Source: Pseudomonadota bacterium (GTDB taxonomy: Bacteria > Myxococcota_A > UBA9160 > UBA4427). From it: a stretch of 64,000 nt of DNA. The position numbers and the translations under genes are program-made. Under the pieces are notes generated by a model. That model did no database searches. It was given only the letters and a program-made list of their open reading frames with translations, and was not told the origin of the DNA. Shown here one piece after another: positions 8,901 to 17,873 of the stretch. Each line of letters starts with the position of its first letter. Position 1 is the first letter of the stretch. Location: NCBI GenBank assembly GCA_022361175.1, contig JAKSBN010000346.1, positions 587-64,586 on the forward strand. The letters run 5' to 3'.

Positions 8901-9451
8901 GCGCCTCGCTCCAGGCGCTCGTGCGCCGGCGCGAGCTCGGTCTTGAACCACTCGAGATTCTTCGGCGGCGCGCTCTGGGCCAGGTCGTCGCGCGTCAAGG
9001 CTTCGCGGGCACGGGACGCGTCCTCGCCCGTGAATTCGGCAGTCGTCACACAGAACTCGACCATGGTGCCGTTCGGGTCCAGCGTGTAGACCGAGTGACA
9101 CCAGTTGTGATCGACCTCCAGCACGTCGTAGCCGTGCTCCAGCCAGCGCTGCTTGCGCTTTTCCAACTCGGACACGTCGGCGGCGCCGAAGGCGATGTGG
9201 TTGACCCATTCCGGCAGGCCGGCTGCGCCCGAGAGGCTGGTGGGGAACTCGGCGGGCAGCGTCTCGTCGTGGAGCTCCCAGAAGGCCATCAGCTCTCCCT
9301 GCCCCGTATCGTAGAAGAAGTGCTTGGCCCAACCGCCCTTGGGCGTGGGGGCGATCTCGACCTTCACGAGGTCGAAGCCCATGACCTCGGAGTAGAAACA
9401 GTCGATCGCGGCCATGTCGCGGGCGGCGACGGCCAGATGGTGATAAGCCAT
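8897..9451 (-). CDS. VOC (glyoxalase/bleomycin resistance/dioxygenase) family protein
   Basis: MAYHHLAVAARDMAAIDCFYSEVMGFDL...HIAFGA...EVDHNWCHSVYTLDPNGTMVEF is typical of the VOC fold. Start at ATG 9451; the upstream 47 codons of the track ORF are rejected. Confidence 0.85.
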   Translation of the reverse strand: MAYHHLAVAARDMAAIDCFYSEVMGFDLVKVEIAPTPKGGWAKHFFYDTGQGELMAFWELHDETLPAEFPTSLSGAAGLPEWVNHIAFGAADVSELEKRKQRWLEHGYDVLEVDHNWCHSVYTLDPNGTMVEFCVTTAEFTGEDASRAREALTRDDLAQSAPPKNLEWFKTELAPAHERLERGA

Positions 9452-9527
9452 GGCGACTCCCTCGTGAGCGCGGGTGTGGCCACGAAAGTATACTGGAGTG
9501 CAGAAAATCGCCAGAGGAGAACTGCCG

Positions 9528-10145
9528 GTGGGTACGTCCAGCTCGCGTCCCGCTCCCAGTGGGACCCGCCGTGCGCTGAAGCGCGAGCGCACGCGCCGCG
9601 AGATCTACGACGCGGCCATGCGCCTCTTCATCGCCCGCGGCTTCGACGCGGTGACGATCGAGGAGATCGCCGAGGCGGCGGCCGTCGCCAAGCGCACGTT
9701 TTTCCTGCACTTCCCCACCAAGGACGCGCTGCTGTCCGAGTACGGGCGGCGAATCGACGCCGAGTTGGCCGAATCCGAGGCCCTGTCCGAGGCGCCGCCC
9801 GCGGACGCCCTGTCCGAGATCCTGCGCTTTCTGGTCCGACGCGCCCTGGAGCACCCCGAGGTGGTTCGCCTGTTGGCCCGCCAAGTGTTCGTGAACTCCA
9901 CCCAGTTGGTGGATGCATCGGTGCGCGGTCGCACCCTGGCGGAGCGGGTGGCCGCGGTCGTGGCCCGGGGCCAGGCCAGTGGGCAGTTCCGGGCCGACGT
10001 GGATCCCCTGGTGGTGGGGCTGCAATGGGTCGGCACCTTCTTCACGCTGTCGGCCGAGTGGGCGCGACCCGGCTCGACGCTCGAGTTGGAAAAAGCGGTC
10101 GAACAGCAGCTGGAGCTGGGGCTGCGGAGCCTGCAGCCCCTCTGA
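9528..10145 (+). CDS. TetR/AcrR family transcriptional regulator
   Basis: N-terminal HTH (REIYDAAMRLFIARGFDAVTIEEIAEAAAVAKRTFFLHFPTKDALL). GTG 9528 is preceded by GAGGAGA at 9514-9520; the track ORF opens at GTG 9474. Confidence 0.9.
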   Translation: MGTSSSRPAPSGTRRALKRERTRREIYDAAMRLFIARGFDAVTIEEIAEAAAVAKRTFFLHFPTKDALLSEYGRRIDAELAESEALSEAPPADALSEILRFLVRRALEHPEVVRLLARQVFVNSTQLVDASVRGRTLAERVAAVVARGQASGQFRADVDPLVVGLQWVGTFFTLSAEWARPGSTLELEKAVEQQLELGLRSLQPL

Positions 10146-10225
10146 CCCGCCCTCCCGGCCCATGTCGGCGCGGCGACGGGGCGGTATCGTAGGCGGCCCG
10201 GCGCTGGCACCGGGAGGAGGCCGCG

Positions 10226-11527
10226 ATGGGCGGGGACGGGCAGGGGGCGTGGTGCAGTCCCGCAGACGCCGCGCTGCGCGTTCGCGATCGGGACACGCTG
10301 GGCATCCCGCTCGGCCCCGGTCAGCCGTCGAGCCTGCTCCACGCCTTAGGCCAGCGCGATCGCTTCGAGTCGCTGCGCGTGTTCGGTGCCTTGCTGGTGG
10401 ACCTCTTCCCCGTGTTCGCGCGACCCGGGGTGACCCTCTACAGCGGCTTCTTCGGCCCGGCGGAGCGGGCCCTGGCGGCCGCCGGCCACGACGTTCAGTT
10501 CGTGCCGGCGGACTTCCGGCGCTTCACGGGGATTCTCGAGCAGCTGCGACCGCGGGTGATGGCGACGGCCGTGGCACCGCCCGACGCGAACGGCCGGCTC
10601 TCGCTGGCGCTGCACGCCGGCGCGACCGTGCGCGAGTTGGCGGCCTGTGCCCGCGACCCGGAGCGTCTGCTGGTGGCGGAGGTGCAGCCCGATCTGCCCC
10701 GCACGCTCGGACTGCCGCCGGCCCATCCCCACTCGCTCGCGGTGGAGGAGGTCGACGTCCTGATCGAGGGGGATCGTCCGCCACTCGTGCTGCCCGAGCC
10801 GGAGGCCTCGGACTCCGATCGCGCCATCGCCGACCACGTCCGCCCCTACATCCACGACGGCTGCACGCTGCAGACGGGCATCGGCGCCGTCCCCAGCACG
10901 GTGGCCTCGCTGCTGGCCGAGGGCGACGGCGGCGACTACGGCGTTCACTCCGAGATGTTCACAGACGGACTGATGCGTCTCCACCAAGCGGGCAAGGTGA
11001 CGAACCGCAAGGGTCGCTACGACGGCGTCTCCGTCACGACTTTCGCACTGGGAAGCCGAGAGCTCTACCGCTGGCTGGACGGTCGGGAAGAGGTGCGGTT
11101 CCTGCCGGTGGAGGCGATCAACACCCCCTCGGAGATCGCCCGCAATCGGGACATGGTCACCATCAACGGCGCCATCGCGGTGGACCTCTTCGGACAGGTG
11201 GCGGCGGACACCCGGGCCGGCCAGCAGTACTCGGGGATCGGCGGGCACGAGGATTTCATTGCCGGAACGGGGTTCTCGCTGGAGGGGCGATCGCTGGTGT
11301 GCCTGCCGTCGACGGCGCGGACGGGAGCGGAGCGCCGCTCGCGGATCGAGCCGGCGCTGGGGGCGGGAAGTCTGGTGACGACGCCGCGGCATCAGCTGGA
11401 TGTCGTCATCACGGAGTACGGGGCGGCCGAGCTGTTCGGCCGCAGCGTCGAGGAGCGGGCGCAGGCCCTGATCGCGGTCGCGCACCCCGATTTTCGAGAC
11501 GAGTTAGTGGCGGCCTGGAAGGTCTGA
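10226..11527 (+). CDS. acetyl-CoA hydrolase/transferase family protein (4-hydroxybutyrate CoA-transferase-like)
   Basis: 433 aa with family blocks GCTLQTGIGAVPSTV, GVHSEMFTDG, INGAIAVDLFGQV, GIGGHEDF, TPRHQLDVVITEYG. Confidence 0.9.
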   Translation: MGGDGQGAWCSPADAALRVRDRDTLGIPLGPGQPSSLLHALGQRDRFESLRVFGALLVDLFPVFARPGVTLYSGFFGPAERALAAAGHDVQFVPADFRRFTGILEQLRPRVMATAVAPPDANGRLSLALHAGATVRELAACARDPERLLVAEVQPDLPRTLGLPPAHPHSLAVEEVDVLIEGDRPPLVLPEPEASDSDRAIADHVRPYIHDGCTLQTGIGAVPSTVASLLAEGDGGDYGVHSEMFTDGLMRLHQAGKVTNRKGRYDGVSVTTFALGSRELYRWLDGREEVRFLPVEAINTPSEIARNRDMVTINGAIAVDLFGQVAADTRAGQQYSGIGGHEDFIAGTGFSLEGRSLVCLPSTARTGAERRSRIEPALGAGSLVTTPRHQLDVVITEYGAAELFGRSVEERAQALIAVAHPDFRDELVAAWKV

Positions 11528-11575
11528 AGAGGGGTCGCGGCGATCCGCGACGTCCCGGTTGTGGGGGAGTGACCC

Positions 11576-13114
11576 GTGAACGGAGCCGAGAGTCTGATTC
11601 GAACGTCGGTCGACGCCGGCGTGGACGTCTGTTTCGCCAACCCCGGCACGACCGAGATGCCGCTGGTGCTGGCGCTCGACCGGGTGCCGGGGATGCGGTC
11701 CGTGCTGGGCCTGTTCGAGGGCGTCTGCACGGGAGCGGCCGACGGTTACGGGCGCATGACCGGCCGGCCGGCGCTGACGCTGCTGCACCTGGGGCCGGGC
11801 TTCGCCAACGGGATCGCCAATCTCCACAACGCGCGGCGTGCGCGGACGCCTGTGGTGAACGTCATCGGCGATCACGCCAGCTGGCACTTGGACGCGGACG
11901 CGCCGCTCACCTCCGACATCGAGTCGCTGGCGCGGCCGGTCTCGAGCTGGGTCGAGCGCTCGGCGTCGGCCGAGGCGCTGGGATCGGACGTGGCGCGTGC
12001 GATCGAGGCGGCGCGCCGTCCCCCGGGCGGAGTCGCCACCGTGATCGCGCCCCAGGACGCCCAGTGGGAGGACGTGTCCGGTCCCGCAGCCGCCCCGAAG
12101 TTCGTCGAGCCCGCGTCGCCCGACCGCGACGCCGTGGCGGCGACGGCGGCGGCGCTGCGCGCCGGTGGGGCGGTCGTGCTGCTGGGTGCCGGGGGGCTGG
12201 CCGAGGCCGGCGTTCGCGCCGCCGGCCGGCTCGTGGCGGGCACGGGCTGTCGGGTCCTGCTGGAGACCTTCCCCTCGCGAGTCGAGCGGGGCGCCGGGCT
12301 GCCGGCCATCGAGCGGTTGCCCTACTTCCCCGAGCAGGCCAGCGAAGCCCTGGCGGGGGCGTCCGCCGTCGTGTTGGCGGGCGCGTTGGATCCGGTCGCC
12401 TTCTTCGGATACCCCGGCGGCCGCAGCCGACTCACCCCGGACGGATGTCCCGTCGTGCCCCTGGCGACTCCCGACCAGGCCGTGGTGGCGGCCCTCGAGG
12501 CGGTGGCCGACGAATTGGACGCGCCCGAGGCGGTGGGCGCCGAGGCGCAGCGGATCGAGGGGCTGCCCTCCGGACCGTTGGACGCCGGCAAGCTCGCGTT
12601 GGCCCTGGCGTCGGCTCAGCCCGAAGGCGCCATCGTGGTGGACGAGGCGGCGACGTCGGGCCTCGGCTGGTGGGCCCTCTCCACCGGTGCGCCCCGACAC
12701 ACGGTGTTGTCGCTCACGGGCGGTGCCATTGGGCAGGGCCTTCCGTGCGCGGTCGGGGCGGCCATCGCGTGTCCCGACCGGCCCGTGATCGCGTTCCAGG
12801 CCGACGGCAGCGGAGCCTACACGCTCCAGAGTCTGTGGACCGCCGCCCGGGAGCAGCTCAACGTGACCGTGCTTCTGTGCTCGAACCGGGCCTACCGCAT
12901 TCTCCAGGTGGAGCTGGCGCGGGCCGGCGCGCCCGAGCCCGGGCCCGCGGCGCAGTCGCTCACGGGGCTGTCGTCGCCCGAGCTCGATTGGGTGGCGTTG
13001 GCGCGGGGCTTCGGCGTCCCGGGAGAGCGCGTGGAGGACGCGCCGGCGGCGGCCGCGGCGATCGCCCGCGCGCTGGCGGAGCCGGGCCCGCATCTCATCG
13101 AAGCGGTGCTGTAG
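11576..13114 (+). CDS. thiamine-diphosphate-dependent enzyme (acetolactate synthase large-subunit-like)
   Basis: N-terminal TPP pyrimidine-binding block (GVDVCFANPGTTEMPLV, GAADGYGRMTGRPA) and C-terminal TPP-binding block (GGAIGQGLPCAVGAAIA...ADGSGAYTLQSLWTAA). GTG start. Confidence 0.9.
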   Translation: MNGAESLIRTSVDAGVDVCFANPGTTEMPLVLALDRVPGMRSVLGLFEGVCTGAADGYGRMTGRPALTLLHLGPGFANGIANLHNARRARTPVVNVIGDHASWHLDADAPLTSDIESLARPVSSWVERSASAEALGSDVARAIEAARRPPGGVATVIAPQDAQWEDVSGPAAAPKFVEPASPDRDAVAATAAALRAGGAVVLLGAGGLAEAGVRAAGRLVAGTGCRVLLETFPSRVERGAGLPAIERLPYFPEQASEALAGASAVVLAGALDPVAFFGYPGGRSRLTPDGCPVVPLATPDQAVVAALEAVADELDAPEAVGAEAQRIEGLPSGPLDAGKLALALASAQPEGAIVVDEAATSGLGWWALSTGAPRHTVLSLTGGAIGQGLPCAVGAAIACPDRPVIAFQADGSGAYTLQSLWTAAREQLNVTVLLCSNRAYRILQVELARAGAPEPGPAAQSLTGLSSPELDWVALARGFGVPGERVEDAPAAAAAIARALAEPGPHLIEAVL

Positions 13115-13118
13115 CAAG

Positions 13119-13973
13119 ATGGTCGAGCAAACCCCGCTCAGGCCCTGGCAGCGCCGGCTCTACACGGTCATCTTCGAAGCCGATACGCCCGCCGGCCGCG
13201 CCTTCGACGTGGGGCTGCTGGTCTTGATCGCCGTCAGCGTGGTGGCGGTGTTGCTGGAGAGCGTCGAAGGCTTCCGGGCCCGCTACGGCGACGTGATGCG
13301 CTGGGTCGAATGGGGCATCACCGGGATCTTCACGGTGGAGTACGTCCTGCGGTTGGCGTGCGTGCGCTCGCGCTGGGGCTACGCGACCAGCTTCTTCGGG
13401 GTCGTGGACCTGCTGGCCATCGCGCCCACGTACCTGGGCTGGCTGTGGCCGGGCTCGCAGTCGCTGCTGGTGATTCGCGCGCTGCGGCTCCTGCGCCTGT
13501 TCCGGGTGCTGAAGCTCGGGCACTTCCTGAGCGAGGCCAACCTGCTGCTGACGGCGCTTCGCTCGGGACGGCGCAAGGTCTCGGTGTTTCTCGGGACGGT
13601 GTTGGTGATCGTGTTGATCCTGGGCTCGGTCATGTACCTCGTGGAGGGACCGGAGCACGGCTTCACCAGCATTCCGCGCTCGGTCTATTGGGCGGTCGTC
13701 ACGGTGACGACGGTGGGCTACGGCGACCTGGCGCCCCAGACCGTCCTGGGGCAGTTCATCGCGGCCATCGCCATGGTGATGGGGTACAGCATCATCGCCG
13801 TGCCCACCGGCATCTTCACCGCGGAGATCATGGAGGCGGCCCGGCGACCCATCACTACGCGCACCTGTCCGGAGTGCACCAGCGAAGGGCACGCGCCCGG
13901 GGCGCGCTACTGCCAGGACTGCGGGGCGCGCCTGCTGCGACCCCAGCCGCCCGAAACGCCCCCGACCGGTTAG
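13119..13973 (+). CDS. voltage-gated (6TM, Kv-type) potassium channel with C-terminal CxxC-x11-CxxC zinc-ribbon-like tail
   Basis: S4 with Arg at every third position (RALRLLRLFRVLK), selectivity filter TTVGYGD, and tail CPECTSEGHAPGARYCQDC. Confidence 0.9.
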   Translation: MVEQTPLRPWQRRLYTVIFEADTPAGRAFDVGLLVLIAVSVVAVLLESVEGFRARYGDVMRWVEWGITGIFTVEYVLRLACVRSRWGYATSFFGVVDLLAIAPTYLGWLWPGSQSLLVIRALRLLRLFRVLKLGHFLSEANLLLTALRSGRRKVSVFLGTVLVIVLILGSVMYLVEGPEHGFTSIPRSVYWAVVTVTTVGYGDLAPQTVLGQFIAAIAMVMGYSIIAVPTGIFTAEIMEAARRPITTRTCPECTSEGHAPGARYCQDCGARLLRPQPPETPPTG

Positions 13974-14900
<927 letters not shown>

Positions 14901-14978
14901 CGGCGGGCCTCCTGGGGGCCAGGATGGGCCCGGCGGGAGCATCGCAGACGCGCGCGGGTTCGGCGAACGGAAGGACTG

Positions 14979-15443
14979 CTACCCCGCCGCCTCCGCATCG
15001 CGGGCCTCGTCCAGATCCGTCTTGAGCCGCTCCAGCAGCCGGTGGAACGCGTCCACCTCGTCGGGCGTCCAGCCGCCGAGAAACCGCGCCATGTCCGGAG
15101 CCAAGCGCGCCATGGCGGCGTCCCGTTTGGCGAGCCCCCGCCCGGTGACGCGCAGCCAGCGAACGCGCCCGTCGCGGTCGTCGCGCCGCGAGGCCAGCCA
15201 GCGTCGCTCCACGAGCTTCTGCACGGTCTTGGAGATCCCGGGTTGGGGCTGCTGAAAGGCGTCGGCGAGCTCCGTCACGGTCCACTCGCGGTCGGGGTCG
15301 TGCGAAAAGTGGAGCAGCAAAGTGAACTGGCTGTAGGGCAGTCCGATCTGATCCAGGAGCTGGTTGCACCGGGTTCGCACCAGCTGCGCCACGACGCCGG
15401 TCCAGACGAAGATCTGCTCGGCTTTGGGACGCTTCGGCCTCAC
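14979..15443 (-). CDS. MarR family transcriptional regulator
   Basis: 154 aa with a winged-helix region (YSQFTLLLHFSH...WTVTELADAFQQPQPGISKTVQKLVERRWLASRRDDRDGRVRWLRVT). GTG 15443 overlaps the upstream stop (GTGA). Confidence 0.85.
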   Translation of the reverse strand: MRPKRPKAEQIFVWTGVVAQLVRTRCNQLLDQIGLPYSQFTLLLHFSHDPDREWTVTELADAFQQPQPGISKTVQKLVERRWLASRRDDRDGRVRWLRVTGRGLAKRDAAMARLAPDMARFLGGWTPDEVDAFHRLLERLKTDLDEARDAEAAG

Positions 15444-15868
15444 GGAGCCGGCGGCAGCGGTCTCGGATCGAGACGGATGGCCAGGGCGCCTTCCCGGTCC
15501 GGGTCGCCCACCAGCCACGAGATGAAGAGGTCCGCGAAGCCGTACTTGTCGCGCATGGCCCGATTGATCCGATCGCGCGCTTCGGGTGCGTCGACGGGCA
15601 CGGCGGTGAAGGGGAGACGTCGGTCGTCCCGCGTCACTTCCACGGCGGGCTGTGCTTCCAGCGCGGGGAACCAGCCCGCCTCGCGCCGCCCGCGCAGCCA
15701 CGCCGAGCCCTCTTGGTCGACGATCCAGAGGCGTGTCTCCTGGGACTCTCCCGCGGCCTGCGTGTGCAGCACGACGACTTCGCCGGACTCGGCCGCGACG
15801 AACTGGGCGATGCCCACGGCGGCGAACAGGCCCAACAAGATGGCCAGCGCGATCCCTGCTTTGCGCAT
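15440..15868 (-). CDS. hypothetical membrane-anchored/secreted protein
   Basis: ATG 15868 lies 5 nt after AAGGAGG. N-terminal hydrophobic segment MRKAGIALAILLGLFAAVGIAQF. No family recognised with confidence. Confidence 0.7.
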   Translation of the reverse strand: MRKAGIALAILLGLFAAVGIAQFVAAESGEVVVLHTQAAGESQETRLWIVDQEGSAWLRGRREAGWFPALEAQPAVEVTRDDRRLPFTAVPVDAPEARDRINRAMRDKYGFADLFISWLVGDPDREGALAIRLDPRPLPPAP

Positions 15869-15890
15869 AGAGACCTCCTTCACCATTTAT

Positions 15891-15902
15891 ATTCCATGGA
15901 AT
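15891..15902. promoter_or_regulatory. 12-bp perfect palindrome ATTCCATGGAAT upstream of the hypothetical-MarR-esterase string (candidate MarR operator)
   Basis: Perfect dyad, checked base by base, in an AT-rich patch 23 nt upstream of ATG 15868. Confidence 0.4.
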
Positions 15903-15924
15903 GTAGTGGCCGATGGGCGGTGCG

Positions 15925-16524
15925 TCAGCCCCCGGGCTCGGGCGGGGGCGCCGCGGCGTCCAGCCCCGCCACCAGGCTCTCCGCCAGCCGGTCGAAACTG
16001 GCGTCCAGCTCGGAGGCGGGCCCGAAGCCCTTGCCCAGCTCCAGACAGGCGAAGCCGTGCAAACCCGCGCGAAGCACGCGGACCGCGTGGACGGCATCGG
16101 CCCCGCGCAGCCCCAGCGGGCGCAGCCGCGTCTCGAAGAGCGCCTGCAGGCGCTCGGTGACGCGTCGGAAATCCGCGTCGCGGCGTTCGCAGAGCGTGTG
16201 GGTCATGAGGTCGTAGAGCTCCGGCTCCCGCCGGACGAAGGCCCGATAGCGGTGGCACAGGGCCACCAACTCCGCGCGAGGGCGCCGCCGCGCGTCGCCG
16301 TCTCGGTCCAACTGGTCGCCCAACCGCCTCCAGCCTTCGATGGCGGCGGCCCGCCGCAGCCCTTCACTGCCCTTCACGTGGTGGTAGACCGAGGGAGCCT
16401 GGATTCCGAGCTCCCGGGCGACGGGATGAACGCCCAGCCCACCGGCTCCTTCGCGCTTCACGACCCGGAGGGCCGCGGCCAGCACGTGTCGCTGCGTCAG
16501 GGCGGGGCCTTTGCGTCGGGCCAT
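15925..16524 (-). CDS. TetR family transcriptional regulator
   Basis: HTH region LTQRHVLAAALRVVKREGAGGLGVHPVARELGIQAPSVYHHVKGSEGL followed by a helical C-terminal domain. Confidence 0.85.
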   Translation of the reverse strand: MARRKGPALTQRHVLAAALRVVKREGAGGLGVHPVARELGIQAPSVYHHVKGSEGLRRAAAIEGWRRLGDQLDRDGDARRRPRAELVALCHRYRAFVRREPELYDLMTHTLCERRDADFRRVTERLQALFETRLRPLGLRGADAVHAVRVLRAGLHGFACLELGKGFGPASELDASFDRLAESLVAGLDAAAPPPEPGG

Positions 16525-16620
16525 GGGGCCTCCTGTCTCGGGGACCTCCGCTTGGCGTAGGCCCTCGGCGATCGCCGCGGGTGGCTTTGGCTACGGCGGC
16601 CGTCTCGATCTCAGAAACTT

Positions 16621-16648
16621 ATAGCATTCGATTATAATCGAATGCTAT
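16621..16648. promoter_or_regulatory. 28-bp perfect palindrome with a central TATAAT on both strands: candidate TetR operator overlapping divergent -10 elements
   Basis: ATAGCATTCGATTATAATCGAATGCTAT; all 14 base pairs of the dyad verified. It is the only AT-rich island in the 210-bp gap between the TetR gene (minus) and the esterase gene (plus). Confidence 0.7.
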
Positions 16649-16734
16649 TCGGTTCAATGATCCATCGGCAGGGGAGGCCGCCGGACCCGAACGCGGTAGG
16701 CTCCAGACCGGCGGGAAACAGGAGGAATACAGGT

Positions 16735-17697
16735 TTGGAAGCTCCCTCGTTGGCGTCCGGGCTCTTCGACCCGGCCGCCGTCGCTCCCGAGACCCGCGCC
16801 TTCAACGCCCAGCTGGAATCGATCCTGGCATCGGTCACTCCCGTGCACCATCAGAAGCCGGCGGACGTGCGCGCAGCGCGCGAGCGGGGAGACGGTCCGT
16901 TCCCGGCGCCCGAGCTCCATCCCGATGCCGTCGTGCGCCGCATCCCGGGCCCGCGAGGCGAGCTCGCCCTGCGCTGCCTGCGGCCGGCCGCGGAAGCGCG
17001 GGGGGTGTACCTGCACATCCACGGCGGCGGCTGGACGCTCGGCGGCGCCCACCACCAGGACCCGCTCCTGCTGGCCCTGGCCGAGCGAGCGCAGCTGGCC
17101 GTCGTGAGCGTTGAGTACGGCCTGGCTCCGGAGCAACCCTATCCCGCCGCTCCCGACGACTGCGAAGCGGCGGCGTTGTGGCTGGCCGAGCACGCGGGCC
17201 GCGAGTTCGGCACCGACACCCTCTGTATCGGGGGCGAGTCGGCGGGAGCGCACCTCTCGCTCGTGACGCTGCTGCGCCTGCGCGATCGCCACGGCGCGAC
17301 ACCCTTCGCCGCCGCGAACCTGGCCTACGGCTGCTACGACCTGGCGATGACGCCGAGCATGCGCAGTTGGGGCGATCGCAACCTGATCTTGTCGACGCCG
17401 ATCGTCGCCTGGTTCGCCGACCAGTTCGTGCCGGCCGAACGGCGGTGCGATCCGGACGTGTCGCCGCTCTACGCCGATCTGTCGGACCTGCCGCCCGCGC
17501 TGCTCACCGTAGGGACGCTGGATCCGTTGCTGGACGACAGCCTGTTTCTGTACGGACGCTGGCTGGCCGCGGGCAACGCGGCGGAGTTGGACGTGGCGGC
17601 GGGCGGGATCCACGCGTTCAATCTCTTCCCCATCGACCTCGGCCGCCGGTCCAACGAGCGCCAAGCGGACTTTCTGAGGCGAGCCACGGCTGCGTAG
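16735..17697 (+). CDS. alpha/beta hydrolase, family IV (HSL-type) esterase
   Basis: HGGGW oxyanion motif, GESAGA nucleophile elbow, DPLLDDS...IHAF. Start taken at TTG 16735, 8 nt after GGAGGA. In-frame ATG 16657 is an alternative. Confidence 0.85.
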   Translation: MEAPSLASGLFDPAAVAPETRAFNAQLESILASVTPVHHQKPADVRAARERGDGPFPAPELHPDAVVRRIPGPRGELALRCLRPAAEARGVYLHIHGGGWTLGGAHHQDPLLLALAERAQLAVVSVEYGLAPEQPYPAAPDDCEAAALWLAEHAGREFGTDTLCIGGESAGAHLSLVTLLRLRDRHGATPFAAANLAYGCYDLAMTPSMRSWGDRNLILSTPIVAWFADQFVPAERRCDPDVSPLYADLSDLPPALLTVGTLDPLLDDSLFLYGRWLAAGNAAELDVAAGGIHAFNLFPIDLGRRSNERQADFLRRATAA

Positions 17698-17828
17698 GAT
17701 GCGCCCCGAATGGGCCTCTTTGTGCCCAGTCGAGACAGAAACCCGCGAATCGCCTCTGCCTTTTCCGGACTCGGTCGGGATGGGAGTGGTAAGGTCGCGC
17801 GCGCCCGGAGCGCCACGCTCGGGGCGTG

Positions 17829-17844
17829 TGGAAACGTGTGTGCA
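17829..17844 (+). promoter_or_regulatory. possible sigma-54 (-24/-12) promoter for amtB
   Basis: TGGAAACGTGTGTGCA has GG and GC at the canonical 11-nt offset of TGGCACG-N4-TTGC, with 3 mismatches, 30 nt upstream of the amtB ATG. Confidence 0.3.
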
Positions 17845-17873
17845 CCGCGTGCACCGAGGGCGGAGGCGACAGC

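Noticed and set aside
9487-9494. AGTATACT palindrome upstream of the TetR gene at 9528
   Set aside because: It is only 8 bp and may simply be a TATACT -10-like hexamer. It is too short to call an operator.
9913-13227. 1104-aa plus-strand ORF
   Set aside because: It has low-complexity R/G/A/P composition and runs out of frame over the CoA-transferase and TPP-enzyme genes, which have clear family signatures.
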